Assembly (NCBI GenBank): GCA_965202585.1
Contig: OZ241833.1
Coordinates: 29,822,001 to 29,886,000 of the forward strand
DNA length: 64,000 bases
Origin: Thalia democratica
Lineage: Eukaryota
Reading direction: 5' to 3'
The notes under the pieces were generated by a model. That model saw only the letters and a list, made by a program, of their open reading frames with translations. It was not told the origin of the DNA and searched no databases. Positions within the stretch are counted from its first letter, which is position 1, and every line of letters begins with the position of its first letter. This document shows positions 36,081-47,900 of the stretch, piece after piece. The position numbers were made by a program, and so were the translations under genes.

Positions 36081-38756
36081 TTTTTACTTAAAGAAGTTCT
36101 TAAATTTTTAACGTTGTATAAATGTAAAAGTGACTGGAACTACATTCTTATGTAATTGAAACATAAAAGTTTGCACAGACAAAACACGATGCTTATAAAA
36201 AAATCAAGCCCCACAAACAATACTGTTCTACGTTAGTTACGTCACAATTGATTAAAAACTAACTAGTAGACTTTTTTTATTGTTAATTGCGTTTTTATGG
36301 TTGAGATTAGGCAGGAATATCTTTTAATCAGCAGTTAGTTATGTTGTTATGCATTTATTAAACGCATGCTTTTAACTCTGCAACTAACGCATGGAGTTTT
36401 GAAAAGTTATAAAAGCTTGTATCAAACTTTAATTACGTCAAGTACAATTGATGAGGTATAAGAAGGAAAAAAAAAACTTTTAAATTAACAACCAATTTAT
36501 TTTTCAAGTTGAATTGTCAGGAGTCCTTCTGCTTTCGTTTAAATTTTAAACTAGGGCTTTAAAAAACAACTATCAGGCCACAAGTATTCAAAATATTTGG
36601 AAAACATTGAACTTTTGTGTTCTTGTTTACAATGTTGCGGCAGATAGCTTTCACCATAACAAATGGAATTTCCGATTGTTTACATTATTTTGTTTGTTTG
36701 CTCAAAACTCGTAGCAGTTGTTTGAGTTGCGAAAGTTCTCACTGGGGAGTTTATTTAAACTGTTTTTCAAAACAGCACGCTGAAATACGCATTGAAAATG
36801 ATAGTTACAGATAAAAATAACTAGTTGGTCAAAAACACTTTGCTAATTGAGCGAAATTTTTTTCAAAACAACAAGTTTAAAGTTCTAGAAAACCGTCAAA
36901 ATAGCTTAAGAGGTAAACAAGTTTTTTTTAAGGTTTAGAAAGTTAATGAAAAATTGTTATTAAATAGACAACGCATTTAAACATTGACTATTTTATAAAC
37001 ATTTTATAGGTAGTTGAAAATACAACAAGTATTATTAGTAGTTTGTTTACTCAAGATATAAAAATTATTAAATTTTGAATCATACAAACTATAAAATGTA
37101 AGCTATTTCTTGAAACTGTTTTCAGTCTTGACTTAATTGTACGACTTTTATACTATATTCACAACAAAACTACTTTAGTTTATATTTCATTAGTAGCACA
37201 CTTAAAAAAATTAATGCTTAACCTATTCACAGTGTAATAGTTATCATTTAAAAAAGTTTATCCTCTGTTTATAACAAAGCATACAAATACTAGCTTTAAA
37301 GTTTTTATTCAAAAAAACAAATAAAACTTGGTGGACTTATAAGTTTATTCGACGAGAAAAAAACAAATATCTAACTTTGAAAAAAAATAGCAGACATGAA
37401 ACAAAATAAGTCACAAAAACAACGAGATGGGATGATTATCAACAAAAAAAAATCTATTTTAATTCTCACATGTTGTTAACTCTGGACGTTCGGTGTGTAT
37501 ATCAACTGGCGGTACTTTTCTGTTGGGTCGGCACATCTGTGATGAAATTAAATATATTGGTTTGTTTTAAAATAATATGTAAAATGCATAAAAATTGGTG
37601 ATTTTAGGCTTTTATTTTTAAAGAGGCTTAGTTTAAGGATTTAGTTAAAAAAATCAAAACAACTTTACGTTGCGATTGTAAGCTTTCTGTGTATATTAAA
37701 AATGAAAAATTAAACTAGTTATGTTCCATTATTAAAAAACTGCATAGAAAAATGAACTACTAATTTTATGTTTTTAGTAAAATATAAATAGCTACAGTAG
37801 TTTGTGCGTATCGCTAATTTGTAAAGCAGTAAAAATTAAAACAAAAAGTTAAACTTTTGATATGTAGTGCTACATACAGAAACCATGTAGTCTATACAAA
37901 CTTGGCATAAAAAAGTTCTTAATTTCTACTAAAATTCAGTATAAGTTTAAAATAACTAACTGAGTATCCAAGCGACTTGTAGAATAAGAGCAGTCTTCTA
38001 AGAAATCTTGAGCAATAAATCGGGAGTTATTCTAGATAAAAAAATGTTTATTTGTTTTGCTTACTGAAACACTTTGTTTATTTTTGTTTTTAGTTATAGG
38101 AGTTAATCTGCAACAAAATCATTTTAAACTAAACTATTTTTTTGAACTAAACTACTAGCGTGGTAAGAAGTTAAAAAGTTATAAACTGTATAGTGCTGAT
38201 AAACAGAATTTTTAATAGCGGCTTTTGTTTGAAAAAGATGTTATTTTTGTAAAAGTTTCTCAAATGAGAAAACGATTAGCCTCCAGTTAAAACAAACAAA
38301 ACGGCACTTTAATGGCGTTGTTTTGAATAGTTAATGGAAAAATTCTTGTTGGTTGAAAACTAATTAGGTTAGTGTATATATAGTTTTGAATTAAAAATAT
38401 TATTTTTGAATTTATGTTACCTGTTCACATAAATATATAACTTGTATTTGTTTATAAACTAAAAAACTGACGACGCAATTTTTATAGTTGTGGTTTTATT
38501 TATATTATTTACAAAAAAAAAGGTTAAAAAAAAGAGTTAACAAGATAAACAATGACATGTTTTCAGGAAAGGTTTTAAAAAAACCATTACTTGTTGAAAG
38601 TTAATCAAAAGTTTTCAAATTTAAATTCATTACAAGTTTATTCAACAATAAGATTATTTTGTTTCAACTAAACAAGGCTCTTCAGAGCTTATAAGCTACA
38701 ATAAAAAACATTGAGAACTTTAATTCATATAGTTTTTAAACTTATGTAATTTTGTT

Positions 38757-38958
38757 TCAAAAACTACTAACGTTGGGGTTTATGACGTCACTGTTCTGGT
38801 ACGAGCTCAAAACGTCATATTTTAACGAGGGGTCTGTGGGGAGTTGGTATTTCATTGTTGGGTCGATTGTCATAGCAACCATGGGGTCGTATTTTACTGC
38901 GGGGTCCAGCGTGTCCCATTCATATTTGTCGTCTACAGAGGAGTTGGTGTCTTTTTTA
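38757..38958 (-). CDS. IGSF9: IGSF9-like terminal exon (DDKYEWD...INPNVSSF*)
   Basis: ctctgcag| acceptor, open for 67 codons, TGA at 38759-38757. Confidence 0.75.
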
Positions 38959-41900
38959 CTGCAGAGTTAAAAAAAGTATATGATCAAGTTGTTTTTTTTA
39001 AATTTTATTACTACTTTAAATAAATTTTGTAGTAACAGATTGTTTTTAAGAAACTCTAGAATTAAGTATGGTTTGTTATAAACAACTCTAATTAATTCAA
39101 ATTTTTGTTAGACTAAATTCATATAAAACATTTCTATCTTTAATTTTTATACTTTTTGGTTAAAAAAAAAGAAGATATCAAAAAATTACAAGATAAAGTT
39201 TTTTAGTTAGTTTGAAACACTCAGCCATCACCCAAAAACTAGTGCTAGTGCGAGCAAAAAAAAAAAACCACAACAAAGCAAGCAAAAAACAATAAATATA
39301 AAACACCACCACCACCTTGATTCCGGGTTCCCGCCACCGCTTGATGGGGCGCCAGAGGAAACTTTTACAGGGTCCAAGTCCGTCTGCCGCCACCTGTCGC
39401 CATGACCACCGACGACTTGACCCCTCGTCTCCATGGACTTGCGGTCGTAGGTGTAGTAGTGGTGCTGATGCAAGGTGTTTCCCCTCGGTCGCACCGTCGT
39501 CTGGTAGCCGTGGTTGTCGTGGTAACGGACGGTAGCGGTTGCCATGGAACGCAGCTGGGCGGAGGTGTTGGAGGAGTTCCTGCTCTCGTATCCGCTGGAT
39601 GGAAGGGAGGATTCCATTCGGAGTGCGTCACCTAGTGTGTGAGGTGAAAATTATCGAAAGCTCACCCAGTAAGTGCAACAAAAGAAAAAAACTTTTGTTA
39701 AGCTTGTTTGAAATTAAATTGTGTGTAATTTAATCCAAAATCACGATTAATTAGTTTACAGAAAAAAATCTTAAACGTTTAAATTTATTACAAGACCGAC
39801 ACAAATTCACTGAAAATAAAAAAAATAGCGAGTGCACCTTTAATTACTGCAGTTTTTGATAAACGAAACCATGCAAAGTCTGCCAGCAACCAAAATAAAT
39901 ATTTAATATAATCTCAACTCACCGCTGTTTTTACTCAAGTTCTTCCTTCCCTCCGAAGAGCCTTCAGAGCTTTTCTCGAGGTCTTTCTGATTAGGGATTT
40001 CCCCCGACAGCAGGTCGTCACCCGACTTGGACTTGTTCATCAGTGATGTCACAGTTTGCTGCTTGGACGGCGACAGCTGCGGGTTGGACCGGAACTGCAG
40101 CGACAGAGATGACGTCATCCCCCTCTTCGGGTGTTCCTGTTGCTGGTGGGGAGATGCTGGCCGCAGGTGCTGGTTGCCAAGGTAACCTTGCATCTGGGGT
40201 CCGAGGTAATTTTGTGGGGCGAGTTGCGACGCAGCCCTGTTTCGACGGTGTTCCATGGGAACCTGGACGGTGTTGGCAGGGTAATTCCTGAAGGAGGGCT
40301 GCCGTGACCACGTGCCATAAGGGTTGAACCCCTGCTGAGGGTTGCCTAGCAACTGGTGGTTGTAGCCGTAGTGGTGGGGCTGGGGCGTCTGCAGGTCCCT
40401 CTGGTGGTAGCCGTCGACGTCCTTCAGCGTAACATAGCGCATCGCAAAAGAGTCTGCCGCCAGCTGGCGCTCTTGCCCCCACCTCGATATCCCCTGGTTG
40501 CCTGGCAACGCGCTCCTGGTCGTCATGGCCCTCGAAGGCGCCCTCTCTCGGATGCATCTGACCTCGACGTTGCTCCTGCCGCAGTCAATCTCGTACACCT
40601 CGTCCTCCTCATCTTCTTGAGGGACTTCCCCGATTTCCTCAGGTATTCCCCGTTCGTGATACACTTGCTGCTGTGTGATTTCCCGGTTGCCGAGGTAACA
40701 CTCGCTGAGGGGCCTCCTGTTGCTATGTGGGTTGCTACTTTCTTGTTGCTGGGGAGGGATGTTGTGGACCAATGTGGAGTGGCGGCGGATTATCTGCTGG
40801 GAGGAGTTCTTGGAAGAGGGACTTCCCCCCGCCGCTGGTGTTCGGCTCTCTGGTGGAATAGGTATTAGAAATTAAAATCAAAATGTACACTTATCAAAAC
40901 TGGGCTTTTTTATAACTAATTAAGCAATAGTATTCCAACTTAAAGACGTAATATAAAAGTTATCTAGACCAAATTATTACCTGGTTAAAAGATGTTTAAG
41001 TTGATAGTTAAAATTAACGTTTTTATAGCTTATCTTATTTTGCTAAACACCTGGCAATATTAAACTGAGTATAAACTTTTATTGACTTTTCGCATTTGAA
41101 ATTTATTCATTTTTGACGTGTAAGTTTACTAAGTTCAAACTTATAAATTCAAAAGGATAATTTTTAAAAGTTTTATACACCTTCAACTCTGCTGTAAAAC
41201 TTTTGTGCAATAAAAATTTATTGCAAAGTTGTTCTAACCGAACTAATTATACAACTTTGACATTTTGTTAACAGTTACTTGAACTGACATAAACTTTAAA
41301 GACTATTACTGATCATTAACATTGAAAGAATATCTAAGATCACCAGTTAAAATTTCTACCAATTGAAAACCTTTTCTGGTTCTGTTGAGGGGTTTTCCCT
41401 CTTTGTTCCTCCAGCTGAACTTCCTCTTCAGCCTGGTGAGCCCTCCCTTCTTCTTCCTCACCACCACCTCATCGCTTCCCTCCACCCCTATGAACGTTTA
41501 ATGTGACGTCACAAACATTTAGTTTGTAATAACAGCATTTGTTTCAACATGTTTCATTCATTTAATAGAACCTTTTTTAGTGATGTCAGCACGCAAAAAT
41601 TCATGTTTTTTTTAAACTATTGTACTTATATTAATTTTTCGCAAAACGGTTTTTTTAACAAAAAAATATTTAGTTTATCAAAATAGATTAAGTTACTGTG
41701 GGTTTTGCAAAAAACTCAAAAAGTTAATTGACTATTTGGAAATTTGTTCAATAGAAATTTATCATAAAGGCCCAATATGTAATCCTTATGACGGTAATTG
41801 TGAAACAAAAGCCGAAAAAGTATTATAAAAACTGTAATGTAATACATGTGTATTTTAAAGTCAGAAGGTTTCTTGGATAATATTTATAAAAAGAACTTGT

Positions 41901-44900
41901 AAAATTTAATGCACAAATAATCGACATATTGACCTATAAATTAGGTTAATTCGCTATGAACAACAAAGCTCAGAATAATTAAGGAAAACATTCATGATCA
42001 CTAATTTATTTTCATAACAGACTTTTAAAATATCTTGAGTTTTGTTAGTTTTTCCATTAATTCGTACAATCTAATATGTTAATACTTCCTCAAACGAATT
42101 CAAACCGCTGCATATGTGTACGAGGGAGAGTTTTGCTTGTTGGCAGCAACAAACTTTGAGAACACAATTAAAGCCCGGCTACATGCCTCTACAGCGTTGA
42201 TGAATTATAAATGAACATCTCGTTGAGCGACGCCGCCAACTAACTAGTAAATTTGGCACGGCAACCCCGCGACTTAATTATTGATCCATGTCTCGGTTGA
42301 ATTTTTAAAGTATTTTTTGGTGGAATGACGTTGAAGCGACTTCAAAACGTTTAACGATCAGTTCGAGCAAGCGGTTATCGGTGCTTAGAGCTTGTTAGTG
42401 TGTCAGGAATGTGCGTTGCTTGTTAGGTTAGCTTGGAAGTTTGACAAGAAAGTGTGAGTTTAACATTAGACGTTTTGAGAAGGTAAAAACTTATGGATAT
42501 TTATGCGTTCGTGTTACGAAGATACGCTATGTACTCGGAGTTACTTAAAGAAGGTATTTTTAGTTTGATTCAAGTCATGCTAAAACCGTATATTATAAGT
42601 GCTTACTTTTTGTACTCTTCGATTTTTAACTCTCATAACTTACTGAATAAATTTGTTAGAAAAATTGCAAAGCAGTAAAGGAACAACGAAAATGTAATGT
42701 AGTAGTTAATAAACAGTTAGTTTCTTCAAATTGAAAGTTATTGGTACGCTTCACTTGTGAAAAAACAATACCTTAGTTTTACAGTCGTGTTGCGGTAACT
42801 GTCACATGATTTTTCATTAAAGCGATTTAATTTAAATCTTGATAAGGTTAAAGTTTTGTTTTTCATGTGATTTTGATTAAAAACTTTACTTCAACTTGAA
42901 AACCATTAAAAGTTTAAAAAACCTGCCAATTCACGACTGTCGAAATCATCAACTGAATCCGCGGAGGCTTTTGAGCTTCTCTTCTTCAAGGCTACGAGGC
43001 TGTAAAAATGTATACCAGTTTTTACAACTAGTTCAGATTTAGAAATATTCAGTATAAAAAAAATCATACTTACATAACTAAACTTACTTTTTCAATTTGT
43101 TGAACGAAAAAGGCATTTAAAATGACGCTGAAGTTAAAAATACAAAATTTTTCACTAAAAACTGAATAGAAAATATATTGTTAAATTAACTTTAACAGCT
43201 AATCAAATCTACTATTCTTAATTAATCAATAACTTGAAACTAACTTGAAGTAAAAACTTAAAGTAATTTTTAGCTTAAACTACAATTTAAAAACATTGTT
43301 AAAACCAATACTCACACCTATTAAGCTACTTACTACTGAGTAAAGTGTTTTTAACAACTGCTTATTAGGCTTTTGAGAGCAACTTATATATTTGTTGCTG
43401 TATAAACAAATGCTAACACGAAAACTAATTACACGTTATTTGCGGTTTCTTAGTAATCAAACATTTTAGAGCTTGTTGGTAGTTAAACAAACAGAATTAA
43501 ACGTGGCCACTGTTTATTCAAATACATTCTCTTTACAGAATTAACTCTAATAAACTTGTAGTTTATTCTAATAAATTGTTTAAAAAACTTCCAAGTATTA
43601 AAATTAAAAGCTTAATGTGAAATAAATTCTTGGTAAAGCTTGTTTTATATAGTTTTTTATTTATATTTATGTTATACTTTGCAACTATATTAATTTCTAT
43701 TAACACTATTTTTTTTTTTTTAGACAGTACGAGTATTTATAACAAAACATTTGTTGTGTTTACTGTTTGAAGAAAGTAGAACACAAAGTTGTTATCTTTT
43801 GTCTAACAAGCTTAATTTAAACTCAAACACAAAGAATATCCGTATCAATAATTCTTTTTAGTCTGATTTTCCTTAGTTTCAATTAAATTCTTTGTTGTTG
43901 TAAGAGATTAAAAACAAAACAACTAATGTTCTTGTCCACCTTCAAACAAAACGAATTTAACTCAGAAATAATTAAATTAAATTCATGTCTTATGGTTAAA
44001 AACACGTAGCGTATGCAAATCGATTTGAAATTTTTCTTTTAAATTATTAATAGCTTTGTTGCCGTGGACTGCGTCTCTAAACAATAATAATCTCTGAGGA
44101 CACTTCTTTGAATTTAATCATTTTTAACAGGATACAAAATTTAAACTTTTCGTTAGTCCAAAAAGAAAGAGAAAAAGTTCAAAAAGTCAATTTTAAACAT
44201 AATTGAAATAAAAGTATGTCTGAAAACTTTTTTTTGAAATAACTGACCTATTTAATATTTTAATAAACTCGAGTAAACTTGGTTCCCTTATCAAAATATT
44301 CTTATTTGGCTTAATTATTTTTACTTCCATTATTTTCAGTTGAGTTTTGTAGGTTAAAAGTAATATTTTAAAACCACATACTTTATGATAAAAAGTTTCT
44401 TAACCATTTCGAACTTATTTGATAAAAATGAAAGAACTAAGCTATGTTTTTAAAAGGTACTTAAATAGAAAAAGTTTTAAAGATAAAACAGAGAAGTCCT
44501 AATTTTTTTAAACAGCAACATAAAAGTACTTTATTATCACTAAACACTTTAAAAAACTCAATTCTAGCTGATAATAATAAAAGTACTAATAGTTGTAAAT
44601 ATTTATAGTGTCATATGTGTTGGTTTGTGGCTTAACTTTTACAAGTTATAAAAAAGCGTAATGCTGATCTAAAACCTGCTTAATGTTTTTTTAGTTGGTA
44701 ATAATTTGCTAAATTGTTTTCACAGCTGAATAAACTACCATTGTTAAAAAAACGATTAGCTAAACAGTTAAGTTAAACGCTTATAAACTTTGTAAACTTT
44801 ATCTAGCAGATATCTAAATAAGTTTATAAAAATAATTATACTAGACACAATACAGTTTAAACATTATATAATCTAACTTGATATTTTTTAACTACTCACT

Positions 44901-47900
44901 CTAATTTAGATAATTTTATTTTCAAATAAATATTTTGTTAATCTATGTGTTTAATGATCAGATCGAAAGTTAAACAGGCTCACACTATAACAAAAAAAAA
45001 TAAATCAATTTTTTTGATCTTAACGCTATACACGCTAGATGCTAGATAAGCTTTAATTAAGTTTTTTTTTAACGACAACAATTAAAAAAAAAAAATACTT
45101 TATTAATAAACTTAAAAACACTAAAACAACAAACTAAAAGTGTTTAGATGCAATGTTGAAAAATATAGTTTTGGAAAATGTATTCTTATACCTAAGATGT
45201 ACAACTTCTTTACTAATTAGTTTTTGGTTAAAAAAAAAACTATCATAAATCTTTTACTAAATGTTAAATAAAAACTAAAAAGTCGACTAACAAAACTTGC
45301 TTTAACAAACTCTATAAACTATAGAAGCTACAAAATGAACCCAACTGCTAACAGCTTCTAACATAAGCTCTCTGTGCAGCACAAACTTTGTTTTGTAGAG
45401 TTAAGCTTTTTTCTCCTGTGCTTTCTGCATGCACTCTCGAGCGTTTTAGCTTTTCTCTATCATTTCTACTACCAAGACCGCTTTCAAGTGAATTTTAGAT
45501 CCTGTTTTGGCCTTTGATCCTAACTTAAGTTTTGCTGGTCTGGCTTTTTTGTTTGTAAGCTTTTTTTTCGAAAAGTTTTCACGCAAATCAAAAAAAAAGT
45601 GTCTTGGCTTGCAAATATTGTTTAAAGTTTGTTTCTTAATCTTAATAATAATTAAGATTAATTTAGATTTTATGTAATTAAAAACTTGAAACATTCTTTG
45701 TGCTCTTTCTTTGTGTCTAGCTATAAAGCTTTTTATAATAGCATCAACAATTGTCTGTAAAATATTATAAAAGCAGCTACTACTATCTTATACTTACTGT
45801 AAACTACAAAGTACATGTTCTATATATATACTTAAAAAACTATATTTAAAAAAAAAAGAGAACTTACAATCTTGTGTTTCAGTTATTTTACTTTAGACTT
45901 TTTTGAATACATACATCATATATAAAAACAGATAAATTTGTAAAGATAAGTTAAATAAATAACTAAAATAAACAAACATACTTGCTGTATTTTCCTTTTT
46001 CAATGTTTATTTCCTTTTCCCGACGAACTGCAAAAATATTTACAAAAGTAAAAACTAAGTAGTAAAAACTAATTTGTTGTTAAACGTTTTTAAAAAAATG
46101 ATTAAAGAAAATAGCGTTTTAAATTTAACAAAATATTTATTTCAGTTATCAACAAGCTTTTCTGAATAAATATTTAATACTTATTCGATTGGAGAAATCT
46201 GTTTGAAGTTTTATAACTTTTTTTTACTATAACATTTTAACTTGTTACTTTTAAACATGTTATTGATTAGGTATCACTATTTTAGCTAGACTTTAAAACT
46301 GAATAACTTTTTAGCTGTAGACTAACATATGAGTTCGTCAAAGAGTCAATTCGGTTTCCTATAAGTTATAATACAAAAAGATTTTCTTAGTTTTAAAATT
46401 AGTGCTTTTAATAACTTCCAATAAGATAAAATACTCATTAAAATTTCAAAGCTTACTATTTCTTAAAAAAGTTTTCAGTTTTGTTTTGAAATCAAATCGT
46501 ATTCGGTTGGTTTTTAAATAGTGTAAAAAGTTATATTCAAAATCTTATGTGAGCGTGTTTGTAAATAATATATAACAAGAAGTTGATAAACAAGTGTAGT
46601 TCCTCTTATTTTAATGCTTCGCACAAACAAGTTTAATAATTCTAGATTAATTAAAAAAATACTTGCTCATTATAATTAAGTTTATTTGTATGGTAGTGAC
46701 CTTATTATTTTGAGAAACTTTTCTTTACTAAATAATAAAATTTAATATTTTTTAATTGTAAGGATTGAATTAAATGTTTTTGAACTATTGCTTCTATTTT
46801 CAAAAGGTTTAACATTTATAGTACAAGCTCAAAACAAACTAAGTAATAATTTTAAAATAGTCGGTAAAAAAATCTTAGTTGTGCTAAAAAAACAGACAGG
46901 GTTAACTTCGGCTTAAAACGCAACTACAAAAGTATAGTAAAATATTAAGTAAACAACCAGGAGTCAAACACAAAACAAAAACAAGAGAAAATTCAATGTT
47001 AGGCTGTAAAAAAGCCGGGCAAAAACGAAACGTAAACACTAAACAAACGCGGAAACTGAAAGTAAATCACAAACAAATAAAACTAACGCAGATCAAAGGA
47101 ACCGAGCTATTCCGCAGCAGATGTCACAGGTAAAAGCATTACGATGATTGGTCGAAATTGTTCAAAGCACAAAAGCTATTGGGCGATTTTAAATCGATTT
47201 TAAATCATTTGAACGGAACGACAATTGAAAGATTAATTTGTCGCCGGGTTTATAAAGAAAGACTTCATGTTGATTTATTTTGCGGTTTGAGGTGAGTTTC
47301 GATTTTTGTCTGAATCTTTTTTGTTTAAAAATATTCAGAAAAGAAGTTTAATATTTATTTGTTAACAGCTAAAAAAGAAACTGTAAGATTGTGCTTGGTT
47401 TCTGAATAAAAGTACTTGGTTCAAAATTCAAACCGAAAAAGGAAAGAGTAAAATTGCCAAATTTAGCATGCTAACGTTTCAATTTAACGTAAACAAAAAT
47501 ACGTTGATACGAACCTACATGCTAATCTCCCCTTTATACTTGCGTGCTGCATTTTATTCTCTAACAAACACAAACAACTTGCAAGAAAACACCTTAGAAA
47601 GTTTCCTGGCTGTTTAGATAAGATCTGCGTTCGGCAGTTCAACACGAAAAGTAACACTTTTTTATTTGCAGGTCGTTGAAACTTTGGCTCAGCGCCGGGA
47701 AATATTCCCCGCATTAAATATGAATAAGCAGCAGCATATGGCGTTCGAATATTGTTGACTGAAATGACGCAATAATGTGTATGACAAAATATATTGCGCA
47801 AATTGCTTTGGGTAATTTTCAATTTAATTTGCTGTCAAGTGGCCTGTTGTGTTGAAAACAAACATGAATTTTTGGTTCTTCTTTTTGTTTTATTAATTTG

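Noticed and set aside
39228-39316. Apparent second C-terminal TM segment WWWCFIFIVFCLLCCGFFFLLALALVFG
   Set aside because: This is read-through into a T-rich intron. Splicing at 39316 joins in frame to a good terminal exon at 38958, and T-rich DNA gives hydrophobic codons by chance.
39317-40868. Several overlapping plus-strand and alternative-frame ORFs (170 aa, 179 aa etc.)
   Set aside because: Shadow ORFs of GC-rich true exons; the same applies to those over the Y-box and Ig exons.
45446-45694. Lysine-rich ORF as a possible extra cytoplasmic exon
   Set aside because: The flanking exons already join in frame, and there is no convincing acceptor/donor pair.
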